A stretch of DNA of 64,000 nucleotides from Octopus sinensis (lineage: Eukaryota). The notes under the pieces were generated by a model. That model searched no databases. It saw only the letters and a program-made list of their open reading frames with translations, and was not told where the DNA came from. Position numbers and translations under genes: made by a program. The stretch covers positions 35,092,001 to 35,156,000 of the forward strand of contig NC_043003.1 in the NCBI RefSeq assembly GCF_006345805.1. The letters run 5' to 3'. Positions 13,076 to 27,230 of this stretch are shown piece by piece; position 1 is the first letter of the stretch; the number at the start of each line of letters is the position of its first letter.

Positions 13076-13143
<68 letters not shown>

Positions 13144-13176
13144 AGTGTGTATAGATAGATATATAGATAGACAGAC

Positions 13177-13223
<47 letters not shown>

Positions 13224-13224
13224 C

Positions 13225-13287
<63 letters not shown>

Positions 13288-13295
13288 CAGACAGA
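13076..13295. repeat. Compound (TA)n(TG)n(GATA)n microsatellite
   Basis: Directly visible. Confidence 0.95.
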
Positions 13296-14154
13296 AAGAC
13301 AGAAATGCATATGAATAAATATGTCTATAGATGCATACACACATATACATATGTACATATATATACACATATTTATATGCATAGTTAGTGAGACAAGGGA
13401 TATTAATTTATTGAAATATTTAACCAATTGCAACCAAGGTGCGTTTGACCAAGCTGTACATGAAATCTCTTGTCCGCATTGGCCTTTGTACGTCCGTAAT
13501 TTCATGCTGTGACTGTCAATAGTATCAATGTAGTTTAGCGGAATTCGTCTTGTGTTCGGGTAACGAAGTCTTCAAAATATGATATAATATAGTAAAAGGT
13601 GAGTAAATTCTAATTGTAGTAATTAGTGGAATGTGCCCATGCAATTTATTACATATGCATTTTTCTTTTATTTTTATTTCTCTTATTCATCTCGTGGTGT
13701 GTATACGATTGAGCGTGCGTTTAATTGTGCGTGTGTGTCTACTAGAAACCTTTCTTTTCTATCGATATATACCAGGTCTTATATTTTCAGTTGCGGAGAA
13801 ATCTTAAATGATAAAAGCTTCAGTCCTTTGTCTAGGTCAGTACTAGCCGAAGTAAAATAGTTGCGAACGAGAACAGTAATCACAGATCACATTTGTTTTA
13901 ACTGTGGTACTAAAACGTTTATCATTATGCCGTCTATAATGATAAGCATTTTATCTAATTTGACACTTTAGGAGTATCTCTCACCACATATTCATACCAA
14001 TGCACATACGTTTCTGACTTCTTACAAGTGCATGTACGCGTGTGTGCGTGTGTAGTTGCGTGACTGTGTGTGCGCTTGTGTACGTGTTTGTGTTTATATA
14101 TGCATACACATGGACACACAAACATATATTCATAGCACACAATTCACACAGTTA

Positions 14155-14164
14155 TATATACATA

Positions 14165-14216
<52 letters not shown>

Positions 14217-14283
14217 ATATTATATATATATATATATATACATATATATATACATATATATAATATATATATATATATATTAT

Positions 14284-14333
<50 letters not shown>

Positions 14334-14378
14334 ATATATATATGTAAATATATATATATATATCGAGAGAGAGAGAGA
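14155..14378. repeat. Interrupted (TA)n followed by (GA)n
   Basis: Directly visible. Confidence 0.95.
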
Positions 14379-17092
14379 GATACACACACACATATATAAT
14401 TCATACTAACTTACCTACATAAGCGCGTATCTCTAGATGTGCCTCTACACCCTTTTCGCCTCTTACCTCCCTGTTTTTTTTATATGCGTGCTTGTGTAAG
14501 TGCGTACACGTATGGGGTACATATTAATGCACCCGACACTCGGTGTGGTGAAATGTGCCTCTTTTACATTTCCCTATTAAATTCTTACTTATTTTAAACC
14601 AAATTATAGCTAGATTGATTCGATTTTTACTCACACATAGACAAGGACAAACTCAAACATTTGCACACGCAGAAATACAAACATATATTTTTTTATAATC
14701 CTATTTTAATAAATACATTTCTAACTATATACCTAAAAGCAATTTTTACTGAACTGATTTTTCTTCTTCATGAGGTGTCTTCTCATCGTTCCATTTTAAC
14801 AACTTCCTTCCCTGCCGAGACAATCCCATTTGAAACTTCCTATTGTCCACTCTACGTCTGTAAAACCTCCTTCATCGAACCTTATTACATCGCTTCCCAA
14901 TCAGTTTACCTAGCATACAAGCCAATATGTCGACACGCACTAACTTGTAATCACATAAATATACACATAAAAGCACAGAGCAACACGTAGCCATATATAT
15001 ATTACTTCTCACCGTCTGTATCTCTCTGTCTCCTACTTTCTCTCTCTTTCTCTCTGTCTTTCTCTCTCTCTTCCTTTATCTCTCTCTCTTTTCTCTCTCT
15101 GTCTTTCTCTCTCTCTCTCGCTTTCTCTCTATTTCTCACTCTGTTTTGCGTTCGCTATTTTACTCTTCACTCTCCGCTCTTCACTCACTCTTTTTCTGTG
15201 TTTCTCATCAGACCAGGTCAGCCCACTATTGCGACTTGGAGAAGATCGATAATCTTTCTATAGTAGCTCTTACAATTCATTACATGACCAAAACCACCAA
15301 TATTCACATCAGCACTATTACCACCGTCACCGTCAATGCACAGACATCAGTACTAACTCCAATACGTGTGCTAACAACCCGAACAGCATTACCTACAAAA
15401 CATAGGTTCAAAATCCAAACAACAATAACAAAATTACAAATCCTGTCATCTGATTCATCAACAGCGTCACATTTGTAACAGTAAAACCGCTGTAGAATCA
15501 TCAATAAAAAGACATTAACACCAATTTAAAAAATGTAAAAACATTCATAGTGACTACAAATGTAATTCTGAAAGCGAGTAACAAAACTAATAACTTCAGT
15601 GCAATCACCACCATCGCCGCCACCATAATCATCACCATCGCCGCCGCCATAATCACCACCATCGCCACAACCACCATCACCACCACGACCAAGTCCATCG
15701 ATAATTTGCTCACTGTCGCCATCACTACTACTACCATCAGCGCGACTACAGCTATTGCCACCACTGGAGAATGTTTGCTTTCGAAATAAGAATGACTGTT
15801 CGGCTGTTTCAGAAGCTATTTCACTAACGATAACACAGTCATATTAGTAATGTGCAATAGTTAATAGCAAAGTATAACAACTGTAATAAGCAGGAGTAAT
15901 GACAACAAGGTAAAGAACAGCAGCTAAGGAGCAACCGGCATAGGTGGTAGAAATCCAGCTTTCAAGTAGAAGTGCAGTATTTCATATCCCGTCACGGTGG
16001 ATGAAGTATACAAATAGTGGAAAATACTACTCGGAAATGTTTCGTTCACACTCAGTTCCCTGGTAACCTGTGTTGACAGAACTTTCAATAAGCATTACGC
16101 TCGGTTATTTCTCTTGTATTGTACTTCAACAAGACACAAACGCGCGTACATATGCACATAAACACGTGCATAGAGGCAAACACACTCCAATACATTCACG
16201 TATACACACATACCATCCTGGGCTCCTCATTCATCTCCGTGTACAGGCAAGCGTCAGCATCTCCAAACAGGTCTGAATAACTTTCAGAAGCAGCGACCGC
16301 GAAAAATATCCCACAATAGATACTCGACAAACTTGTATCCTTCTACAACACCGAAATACAGACATTAAAAATCTCATGAAACGTACACAAATCATTGTAT
16401 TATCATTATTCATGAAGATTACAGAAGCCAGCACACTCCCAATAAATGCTAGGCGTTACAATAATCAATAACCTTTCACACTAGCACATTCTTAACATAT
16501 CTAAGTCTGCTTCACAAAGAAGAGTTTTCTTCCGAAAATATTTCAACAAAAATACCTGCCAGCCCCATTGAAAGCAAAGCAATTTCCTCAACTAGAATAT
16601 TTTTTTTTATATTTATACAATGAAGCATACATATGAACATAAATTGTATATAGCATCTAAGAAAGTCTTTAGTCACAATTATTCCCCATCATTAGGCCAC
16701 CTTTTAACTATTCTCACAGACTTCAGTTATTAAGACGATTTCTGATTTCTGAACTAGCGTTAAGCATAATAAACCAGCCTGATACTAAAAACTATTTTCA
16801 CTTTGGCATTCGTTGACTCATTACTTTCACGATAACTTATTCGTTAACTTATGTCCAAAAGGTTTTCTGGAAAATTCCAAACTCTTATATCTATGCTTGC
16901 TAACTCATGCACTAACTACAATATACAAATATAATAATTAACATATTGTATAAAGGATATAATTAACGTATATATATCTTACATATAACAGTGCTAATTT
17001 ACTGAGTGGAGGAGGCTAATAAGTGTGTGAGTATGTATGAGTGTGTTTGCAAGTGTGGAGGGGTGCATGTGCACACGTGTGTGTGTGTTTGT

Positions 17093-17124
<32 letters not shown>

Positions 17125-17807
17125 TGTGTGTGTGTGTGCGTGCATATGAGTGCGTGTGGGTGCTCGCAGTGTCTGTATTTGTGTTTGTGAGTCTTTGCAC
17201 GTTAAGATGTATATGTCAGAAATAATTATGAAATATATCAGGAAAAGAAATGCGTTACTTGACTTAATTTAATTGGATCAATCAATAGGCGTTACCAGCC
17301 AATCGACATATTATTGGGAGAGAAAGCAGTTTCTGGTGTGTTTGTGATGGACAGGTGTAAGACATTTTATATCATGCGGAAATATAGAGTTTAATTTTCA
17401 GAAGGACAGTTTGACATGAAGTTCTTGATAGGGCATGTGGAAGCTTGTATGACTGCATACCACCTAAGGGCCGGCTGCATAAATTTAATACACTTGGGAA
17501 TTAACCAGGCGTAGGGAATTCGATTTCAGCCATGGTCTCGTTTTATTTTCTTTCTATATTTGTACGTGAGAGTTTCGTTCACTGAATCTTTAGTTATAGA
17601 CTATTTTGCATTTCATAGCAATAGCTTCATGTCTTTAAAATATATTTTCTATTCTTGCCTACTCAAAACAGACAAAACGTATCAAATACTACACTTTGAA
17701 ACATGGGAGCAATCAAGTGAAATACTTTTCCTTATAATAATTTCTGACACAAGTAAACGACTCACTTATTTGGAAGGAAGTGTAACTCAATTAAATAGTC
17801 TTCGATT

Positions 17808-17885
17808 CTTGACTGGTACCTTATTGAATCTTGGAAATATGAAAACCGAAGTTCATTTCAGCGGAATTTGAATACAAAATGTAAA
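17808..17885 (-). mobile_element. Highly degenerate SINE family B remnant (similar remnants near 41725-41765 +, 43915-44000 -, 61400-61500 -, 62765-62830 +)
   Basis: ACTGGTACCTTATTGAATCTTGGAAATATGAAAACCGAAGTTCATTTCAGCGGAATTTGAATACAAAATGTAA keeps the order of family B motifs; alignment by eye only. Confidence 0.45.
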
Positions 17886-18082
17886 AAAAAACCTAGCAAA
17901 TAATAGCAGTCTACTTTGTCCGATGTGCTAACGATTCTTCAAATTCACTGCGATTGTGAAAGAAAGGGGCTTTTACAGTTATGTAATACCAGTATTTACA
18001 TAGCAATAAGTACACACAAACATACATATGCATGCATATACATACATACATACATACATACATACATACATACATACATACA

Positions 18083-18113
<31 letters not shown>

Positions 18114-18667
18114 GTGTGTGTGTTTGTGCATATAACTATTACATATAACATATATATTACATTTCTATGCCGCTGCATTGCACATGAGAGTATATAAAAA
18201 GTACATAACTGAAATTTGTATAAGTGTTATATCTCTTTCTTATATATATATATATATATGCATAAACACACAATCACGCGTATATACTTGCAAGTTCATG
18301 TAACATAAACACAAATAAACAAGTGTTTTATAATAACAAGCACATACACACACACACACACATAAGCACAGACACTCATATAAAGATACAATATCATACA
18401 CCCAAACCTGTAGGAAGATATTAAGAACATGACGATGATAGATACCGAAAAACACAAAAATGAAGGAGCTGTCAACTACAGCAATTCGAATCTTAGCAGA
18501 AGTGATATAAGCAATATGTAAGTACACAAACATCACAAAACTACTCATATTCATGCCCCGCCACACATATGGATATACACAGATAAACGCGCACACTTGA
18601 AAATACACTTACGTAGATATATAGTTTTAAATATATGCATGTGTGTATGTATATGCACATTTATATT

Positions 18668-18669
<2 letters not shown>

Positions 18670-18766
<97 letters not shown>

Positions 18767-18780
18767 ATATATATATACAC

Positions 18781-18818
<38 letters not shown>

Positions 18819-19192
18819 CACAACTATATACACACATATGTATATAATCACCTCACCTACGCAACACGCGTATACGTGTGTTCGTACATAGACACATATA
18901 CATTTATATATAGTTATAGAGACACATTTTTAGGCAGACGGATTGGCAGATAAACACACAAAGAAAGAAAGACTGACAGGCGCTGACATATATATACTCA
19001 TATAAAGATACAATGTTTTCATACACTCATGCACGCATTTTTACATATCAAAAACATACATGTATGCACACATGTATCACACACATTCATACGCATATAC
19101 ATGTACGCTTAGTGTATTCTGCTATATTCTGCAACTTTGCTTGACAATATTCCCAAAAGCATATTGAATGAGAAGAGACAGGGAGAATGAGG

Positions 19193-19257
<65 letters not shown>

Positions 19258-19456
19258 CTGAGACAGAAAGAAGATAAAAAAGTGAGTAGAGGAAATATGG
19301 GTAAGACTGTGGAATGGAAGGAAATATTAATCCCTGAACCAATATTTATTTATATATTTTATATAGGCATTTCTTAGTGAGTATACTTTGTTTGACACAC
19401 ACACACACACATACATGCATACATACATACATACATACATACATACACACACACAA

Positions 19457-19488
<32 letters not shown>

Positions 19489-19677
19489 GAGGCATATGTG
19501 TCGACGTGAACATCATTCATACGCACGTGTGTGTATGTTTATGTGCGTGTTTATGTGTGTGTTTTTGTGTGTGTATACACGGGGGTTGAATCTGTTTGTA
19601 TATATATATATATATATATTATATATATTATATATATATATATTATATATATATATATATATAATATATATATATAT

Positions 19678-19708
<31 letters not shown>

Positions 19709-19722
19709 ATATATATATACAC

Positions 19723-19760
<38 letters not shown>

Positions 19761-20138
19761 CACAACTATATACACACATATGTATATAATCACCTCACCT
19801 ACGCAACACGCGTATACGTGTGTTCGTACATAGACACATATACATTTATATATAGTTATAGAGACACATTTTTAGGCAGACGGATTGGCAGATAAACACA
19901 CAAAGAAAGAAAGACTGACAGGCGCTGACATATATATACTCATATAAAGATACAATGTTTTCATAGACTCATGCACGCATTTTTACATATCAAAAACATA
20001 CATGTATGCACACATGTATCACACACATTCATACGCATATACATGTACGCTTAGTGTATTCTGCTATATTCTGCAACTTTGCTTGACAATATTCCCAAAA
20101 GCATATTGAATGAGAAGAGACAGGGAGAATGAGGGAGG

Positions 20139-20185
<47 letters not shown>

Positions 20186-20517
20186 AGACAGAAAGAAGAT
20201 AAAAAAGTGAGTAGAGGAAATATGGGTAAGACTGTGGAATGGAAGGAAATATTAATCCCTGAACCAATATTTATTTCTATATTTTATATAGGCATTTCTT
20301 AGTGAGTATACTTTGTTTGACACACACACACACACATACATGCATACATACATACATACATACATACATACACACACACAAACACACACACACATATATA
20401 TATATATATGAGGCATATGTGTCGACGTGAACATCATTCATACGCACGTGTGTGTATGTTTATGTGCGTGTTTATGTGTGTGTTTTTGTGTGTGTATACA
20501 CGGGGGTTGAATCTGTT

Positions 20518-20545
<28 letters not shown>
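18670..20545. repeat. Direct tandem duplication, two ~0.93-kb units
   Basis: Identical ORFs 18753-18953 and 19695-19895 (offset 942); unique sequence is identical except c19024/g19966 and a19352/c20277, plus differences within the microsatellites; all three boundaries fall in (TA)n. Confidence 0.95.
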
Positions 20546-20566
<21 letters not shown>

Positions 20567-21894
20567 AACGATATATGTATATAGGTAGATAATAAAATAT
20601 GTAAACAAAATGGAATGCAATAAAAACAAGTACGGTCTTGCCCGTAGGAGAGTTGGCAACTACAAGGTTTTCGACATGACATTTGCATATGGATACAAAT
20701 AGCTACACAAACATAAACACACATTCATGCATGTGTGTGTGTATGCTTGAGTATGTGTGTGTGAGTACGTGTATAAATTAGTGTGTGCGCGCGCGATCGT
20801 GTGCGCTTCATACCTTGTTATTTTGTTTTTTACTGCACTACAAGATTCATAAAAGGGTTTGATATTTGCAAAATATAAATGGATTTTACGTATATGAATA
20901 TCGTCAGTTATGCGCGACGAGAAGTTTGGATGATATGCACATGTACTCGTATAATTATGTGTATTACAATACAATTGCTAATACTTCGGTTGTGTATTTG
21001 AGCACTGACAGACATGCTGAAAATATTGCTTACAAACACAGACATATAAACCCATAAGACCACACATACATTCACACATATATATCACAAACACAATACC
21101 TCACACGGTCCTAGAATCAGACAGAGCTTGCACAGTAGCCCTTAAACTTTATATAGTATAATAAGGTTCTTTGTGGTTAGAATACACTGGAGCTGGCCGA
21201 TTCTGTGTGGTTTAGCCTAATATCAATAAGCAGAATTCAGATACGGTCAACCTGCGACCATCTTAGTACAGTATAAACATGTATCTAGGCCAAATTATTT
21301 CAATAACTTTTACCATTTCTTAGATATAGAGCAGCATTATTTGAGGGTGATTTGTCTACTATTTCTAGCTGGTAGTTATTTCTAGCATGTAGAAGCTCCT
21401 GCATCTGTCATTGTTATGCATGTTGTTGTCACTGATGATGGAGATACATTCATAAGACTGTTAATGATGTTGTTATTACTGCTTTATTGTTGTTGGTGTT
21501 ACATTTGTCGTTATAATCGTTTAATGTCATAATCGTTTAACTTCAATTCACTCGGGAACGCAATATTATTGCTCTAAATATCAGCAAAGCGTTTAGCTGT
21601 GACTGGCACGCAAATCTTTCGTCTAACTTGACCGCTACATCTGATCTTTTGGGTTGGTTGCATCCTCTCAGTTCGCTGTGTGCTGATGAACAACTGTCAT
21701 CGAAACTGCAGCAAGTTTTGGAGTGACCCTGGGCCGGTTATGTTGCTACACTATTTCAGACAAAATCTTATGTAGATAATACCACCTTTCTTTTGCCTTT
21801 GTCTTCGGAACCCAAACATTATGCCCATGCAGTCTAAACATCTTACTTATCAAGTGAGGATCCCGAAATTGCCATCTTGTTCCTTGAACAGGGG

Positions 21895-21980
21895 AAGATC
21901 CTGATCACTGCACGTAGAGAAAAAGATCCTTATCACTGCACGTACCGAAAAAGATCCTAATCACTGCACGTACCGATAAA
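21895..21980. repeat. 28-bp minisatellite, 3 copies
   Basis: AAGATCCT at 21895, 21923 and 21951; ATCACTGCACGTA at 21904, 21932 and 21960. Confidence 0.95.
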
Positions 21981-24659
21981 GCATCATCGCATCCATTTCC
22001 CTTAATAAATTAGCAGCATGCAACTAAAGCTCCCGCCATCATACCGGATGCTAAGCTTAACTATCATCCAAACATTTTCCTTTTCTAGTGACAACCAGTA
22101 CATATTTCAGCACCCAACTTCTATTAACCTTTTAATTAAATGACATAAGACCCAACAATGGCGTAATGTTCCACATTTGAATAGCGCTCCTGCTACGCAC
22201 GCAGACATCCTTGATCACAATCTGAGAAAACCTCTCACATGATAGGTATAACGTAATCCAGAGACACAGATGTGCGAAACAAAAACTAATACTAATTTTT
22301 TCATGAGAAAATTTGATTTTAAGAACTTCAAGTGAGCAAAACAGTTGTGTACGTGTCCGGAAATTACATGCATGTTACCTAATCCCGATACATATTCGCA
22401 ACTAGCTGGTCAAAGTTATTGGTAGTGCCGTAAATGATAAGAGTTCCTACTGGCAATAGCCTGCAAAATTCTGATCTTAAATAGCACTGGTTTGATGTTA
22501 CACATTCGAGTCACTGAGATTTTCTCTTAGAGCTATTCATCTTCGTAAAATATACACAAGTAGTGTTGTTCGTGGGGATGAATCTTCTTAAAATATTGCA
22601 CATAGTTGTTACCATACAAACGTAAGAGACATTTTTTGCAGTTAAGAACATGCACTTGCAAAACATAATAATATTCTTTCTGAATGCAGTTCCTAACATG
22701 GGTTTTAATATTATAAATTTTTTTTCATTTTTTTTTTGTTTTATTCCAGAATCCCCGATGTTACCGGCACCGAATTCCTATTGATGCCACGCCAAACGAG
22801 ACTGGAATCTGACCTATACTCCCTCACCTATTCATAACTGATGGACTGAGAAACATCTATGTCAAGAAAGTTTATCTATGTTTTTATTTGCTCTTTGCAC
22901 AGCCTGAATATTCTATCTACATGTGTTATTAGGTGAACTGGGAAACAGGAGGGAGCGTCTAGAAATGCTACTTAAAGTAGCTTGTAAGAGCATGTATGTA
23001 TATACTTTAGGTTGTTTGCATGAATGTGCATGCGTGTTTATATATGTATTTACATGTATGTTTTGTGCACGGTTGTGTGAGTGCGCCGAGGTGTGTGTGT
23101 GTGTATGTGTGTGTGTGTAAGTGACATAAGTGTCTAAGTCTTATTGTATGCGAATGTAAGTTAATATCAGTATGTAGAAATTGCGGGGAATACTATACTA
23201 ATGTGTATTCCCAGTTGCACTCAAGGGGATTACGTGAACTTAATCTACTTAGAATAGCTTCTCTTACGTGAATATATTTCGTCGATGCTCTTACTCATGA
23301 CGTTGACAAGATTAGTTTCACCAACAGGTAGAGACTGCAGCCAACTCCATCACACCCATCGTCATAGCTACTACCACCAGTATCATAAATATACCATCAC
23401 TTTAACCATCACCACCACCACCACCACCACCACCATCAATATTTCAATGTAACCCATCACTACAATGCTTTTCTTTCTACCCATTATAATTTCTTACTGC
23501 GCTGCCCTTACCGCCAATATACTCATATATTTCTCTGCAAAAGAGGTCAGTTGTATTAATGGTAGAAATTTAGTCCATTGACTCATTCCATAGTATATTA
23601 CTGATACATAATTCGTTTAGCTAAAATAGATAAAAGACGAAGTCTTTCCACTGCAGTATTTGGTCTTAGACATGTACAGTACCAAACTAGATTACAATAA
23701 ATCTTTCAGTTTCTCGAAGATATACTTTAGACAGTACGGTTTCTTATGTTGCTTATATTCTTACAGGAGCTAATATGAGATCAAGGCATCTGCGTGCTTG
23801 TGTCAATAGCATTAATGACGTCAAACAGAACTGCTACAGACTAACGTATGTACATGCACTGTACACTACATGCACATTAGTTTTGCAGACACGTGAATGA
23901 CGAGACTTTATTGAAGTGACTAATTGTGACCAAGAAATGTTCGGATATTTCACTATGTCTGCCACAGGAGAGGTTACACATCGTCACGGTCATTCCTTTA
24001 GTCAACTGGGAGCGTCGAACAAAATGAAATATTTGTGATGCCACGCATGCCTTTGTTTGATTGTTTAAATATATATGCGTGGGTGTGTGTGTGTGAGAGT
24101 GTGTGTTTAAATATATATGCGTGTGCGTGTGTGTGGTTTGGCTAATTGTATTTTTCTTTCCCCGAAACTCCATCAGAACAGAATAAATCACACTTCACCA
24201 GAGAGACGCATCCTACTGCCTAAACATGAAAAATTGGCCCAGGACATTGCTATTACCGTCCGATATCCCTCCACATCACAACCACTTTCCACTCACGATT
24301 CCATTAAACATTAATTTTGAGACAAAAAGTACTTCAACCAACACTTTTGTTCATCTTACATAGATTTTCTCTTCTTTGCCAAACTACCATATTTCAATAC
24401 AGACCATATCTATTTCATCTATATCGCTTTGACAAAAATTTCTTGCTGTCCAAACAAAAATAAGCACACACACATATTCACAAACATACATGACATTTAA
24501 ACATGAATACTTTCATACTGTGTGTGGGTTCTTCATTTTTTTCTTTTTTGACATTCTATCACTAAGTCCATAATGCTGTAAATATTCAATGATATTATTT
24601 ACAGCTTTATGTGATTCGAGATACATTGTTGCAAAATAAAAGTATACATACACACACAT

Positions 24660-24717
24660 GCAGACACACACACGCACACGCAGACACACACACGCACACG
24701 CAGACACACACACGCAC
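24660..24717. repeat. 20-bp higher-order (CA)-derived tandem repeat, about 3 copies
   Basis: GCAGACACACACACGCACAC recurs with an exact period of 20. Confidence 0.9.
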
Positions 24718-24718
24718 G

Positions 24719-24773
<55 letters not shown>

Positions 24774-24800
24774 ATACATACGCATTCACACACATATACA

Positions 24801-24963
24801 CGCAGTATGCATGGCTTTGTGCCAAGAAGCTTGGTTCTCAAACTCATGATTTCGGATTTAGTCCCACTGCGTGGCACCTTGGGCTAGTGTCTATTACTAT
24901 GGCCTCGGACCGACCAGTGCCTTATGTGTGGATTTGGTAGAGTAAAACTGAAAGAGGTTCGTT
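24801..24963 (+). mobile_element. SINE family A, diverged 5' half
   Basis: AGTCCCACTGCGTGGCACCTTGGGCTAGTGTCTATTACTATGGCCTCGG...GGATTTGGTAGAGTAAAACTGAAAG aligns with the 5' halves of the copies at 3917 and 9526. Confidence 0.8.
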
Positions 24964-25334
24964 GCATGAAATTACTAAACATGAACTACTATTGGAACTT
25001 GCATAAAAAAGTTTCCTTTACATATAAAGGAAACTTTTTTACCACTTCTATACATTACTTTACTCGAATAATGGAACTGCAACTACAATATTTCATTTTT
25101 TTTTCTACTTTTCTTCTCCATATATTTCCCTCTATATATCTCCTCCCATTCCATAATAATTCCTTATTTTGAACTCAAATATTTACCTATATGTAACCAT
25201 CTCACATCGTCTTTGGTGAAGGGATATCCTTAACATCCCAGAAACAGCTGTAAGACTATATCTATATCTTTTTCCTTATAAATGCCCTGAAAACATTTCA
25301 CAGCCTTCGCTTTGTTATCTCATTTTGTCGAATA

Positions 25335-25540
25335 TATATGTCTGTGTGGGTCTGTGTTTGTCCCCTATCACCGTTTGATAGCCAGTGTTGGTCTGTTTCC
25401 GACCCGGTAACCTTACAGTTCGGCAAAAGGGTTCGATAGAATAAGTACCAGCCTTAAAAAATAACTGGGCTCGATAAAAGTTCTTCAAGGCGGTCCTCCA
25501 GCACGACCGCAGTCTTATTACTGAAACAAAAAAAAAGGGT
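25335..25540 (+). mobile_element. SINE family A, diverged 3' half
   Basis: TGTGTTTGTCCCC...CAGTTCGGCAAAAGGGTTCGATAGAATAAGTACC...AAGGCGGTCCTCCAGCACGACCGCAGTC...ACTGAAAC aligns with the 3' halves of the full copies. Confidence 0.8.
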
Positions 25541-26338
25541 AAAAAAATAAATATGTGTGTGTGTATCACTTGTATGATACATGTATCTATAATCTTATTT
25601 TCATATGTGCTTGTATATATCTTTGATAGTTTTGGACATACACACGTAATGTATTTAGAGAATTCATTGTCTTGTGGTCGATGCAGGGCTACATTTGAAC
25701 AATCGATTCGGCCTGATGTATTGTCGTGTAAGACATGTGAGTAGAACGTAAAGCGATAAAAGACAAGTTGGGAGTGTCACGATATTCTGAAAATCTTTAG
25801 TCACTACAAATCTGGACTTGAAACATCCATTTTAACTTTTTGTATAACCACCATCACCATCAGTGCCCATCTGGTACTTATTTTGATATGGTGGCACGTA
25901 TTTCATGCAGATCAATAATCTAACGTCACTGCTCCAGCAAGATGCCGACTGTTTTCCCTGATTATACATTGACAGTGATCGAAGTTAGGCAGAGTTCTCG
26001 TCCATATTTTTATTCCATCTATTTACTCTCACTATGTACATCTATCTGAGTTAATGTGTGTTTGTTTTATTTACAGTCTGTCACTCTTGATGGGGCTTCC
26101 AATCAATGTAAGCAATAATTGCAAAGCCACGCTTTCGTGCGACTTAGAGATGCATAAGTCTCGCGCAAAAACAGCAATATTCATTAAACTAACTCCAATT
26201 TGACATGAACATTTTCTACACACAACATGTGATTTTCTTTCATTAAATTGATCATTTCATGCCTTAACAGCATACAAACACACTCATACATAGAGAAACA
26301 CATGACTTTACATATATGTATACACAAGCACACACACA

Positions 26339-26400
<62 letters not shown>

Positions 26401-27013
26401 GCGTATTCATACATATATATACATGAATATATGTATGTGTGTGAGTGTGTGTGTGTCTGTGTGAGTGTGTGTACTACATAAAAGCATCTATATATATGGA
26501 GAAAGAGAGAGCGGAAGAAACTGATAGATAGACAAATGTATACTTTAAAAGATTGCGAGGATTATATCTATGTGTGCGTGCGTGTGTGCGCGTGCGCAAG
26601 TGTGCATTATAAAACCGCTTCCTTTATTTAACTTATTTTGCCTCTATACGTACCAACTTCTATTCCACTTTAGAAGACTTTTCGCAAAAATAACTTCTTG
26701 ATTTATTTAAATTACGTATGCCGTTATACAGCTCCAATAGTTTGACTTTGTTTTCCACATTTTACCTCGAAATTTGCAGAGTATTTGGAAGTAAAGAATT
26801 CATTCCTAGATATATTGTGCTCAAAACATGCTATTTTGTCACTTTTTATATACGCCTCGTAAATGTCCGCTTCATTTTATATTATCGTTTATTTCTAAAA
26901 AAATAAGTTTGTGCTGATGAAGGAAATATCTTTACTTGCATTTTTCTCTCAAACTCATAATTATATGTTGGGTAAACAATACATCTATTTTATTTTAAAA
27001 TACATTCCTGATA

Positions 27014-27230
27014 AGGCGGTGATCTGCTACAATCTTTAGCACCCCGAGCAAAATTCGTAGCAGTACTTCGTCCGTCTTTACGTTCTGAGTTAAAATTCCG
27101 TTGAGGTCGACTTTGCCTTTCCTCCTCTAGGGATCCATATAAGTACTAGTTAAACGTTGATTGCAGATGCAATCGACTCATCCTCTACTCCGAAATTGCT
27201 GGCCTTGTGCCAAAATTTCAAACCAATATA
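27014..27230 (+). mobile_element. SINE family B, diverged copy
   Basis: TTCGTCCGTCTTTACGTTCTGAGTTAAAATTCCGTTGAGGTCGACTTTGCCTTTC...AAATTGCTGGCCTTGTGCCAAAATTTCAAACC. Confidence 0.8.

Noticed and set aside
15146-15789. Thr/Ile/Ala-rich mucin-like ORFs (also 31469-31980, 32226-32411, 42514-42714)
   Set aside because: Decayed (CAC/CAT/ACT)n triplet tracts open on both strands; no signal peptide or splice support.
21895-21980. Possible CRISPR array (28-bp repeats)
   Set aside because: Repeats are contiguous with no unique spacers, only three copies, eukaryotic context, no cas genes.
22750-25736. Further plus-strand pseudo-exon candidates (22750 onward, 22933-22983, 23767-23845, 25687-25736)
   Set aside because: Good-looking sites, but they do not chain cleanly (22983 joined to 23767 creates TGA); no recognisable peptide.
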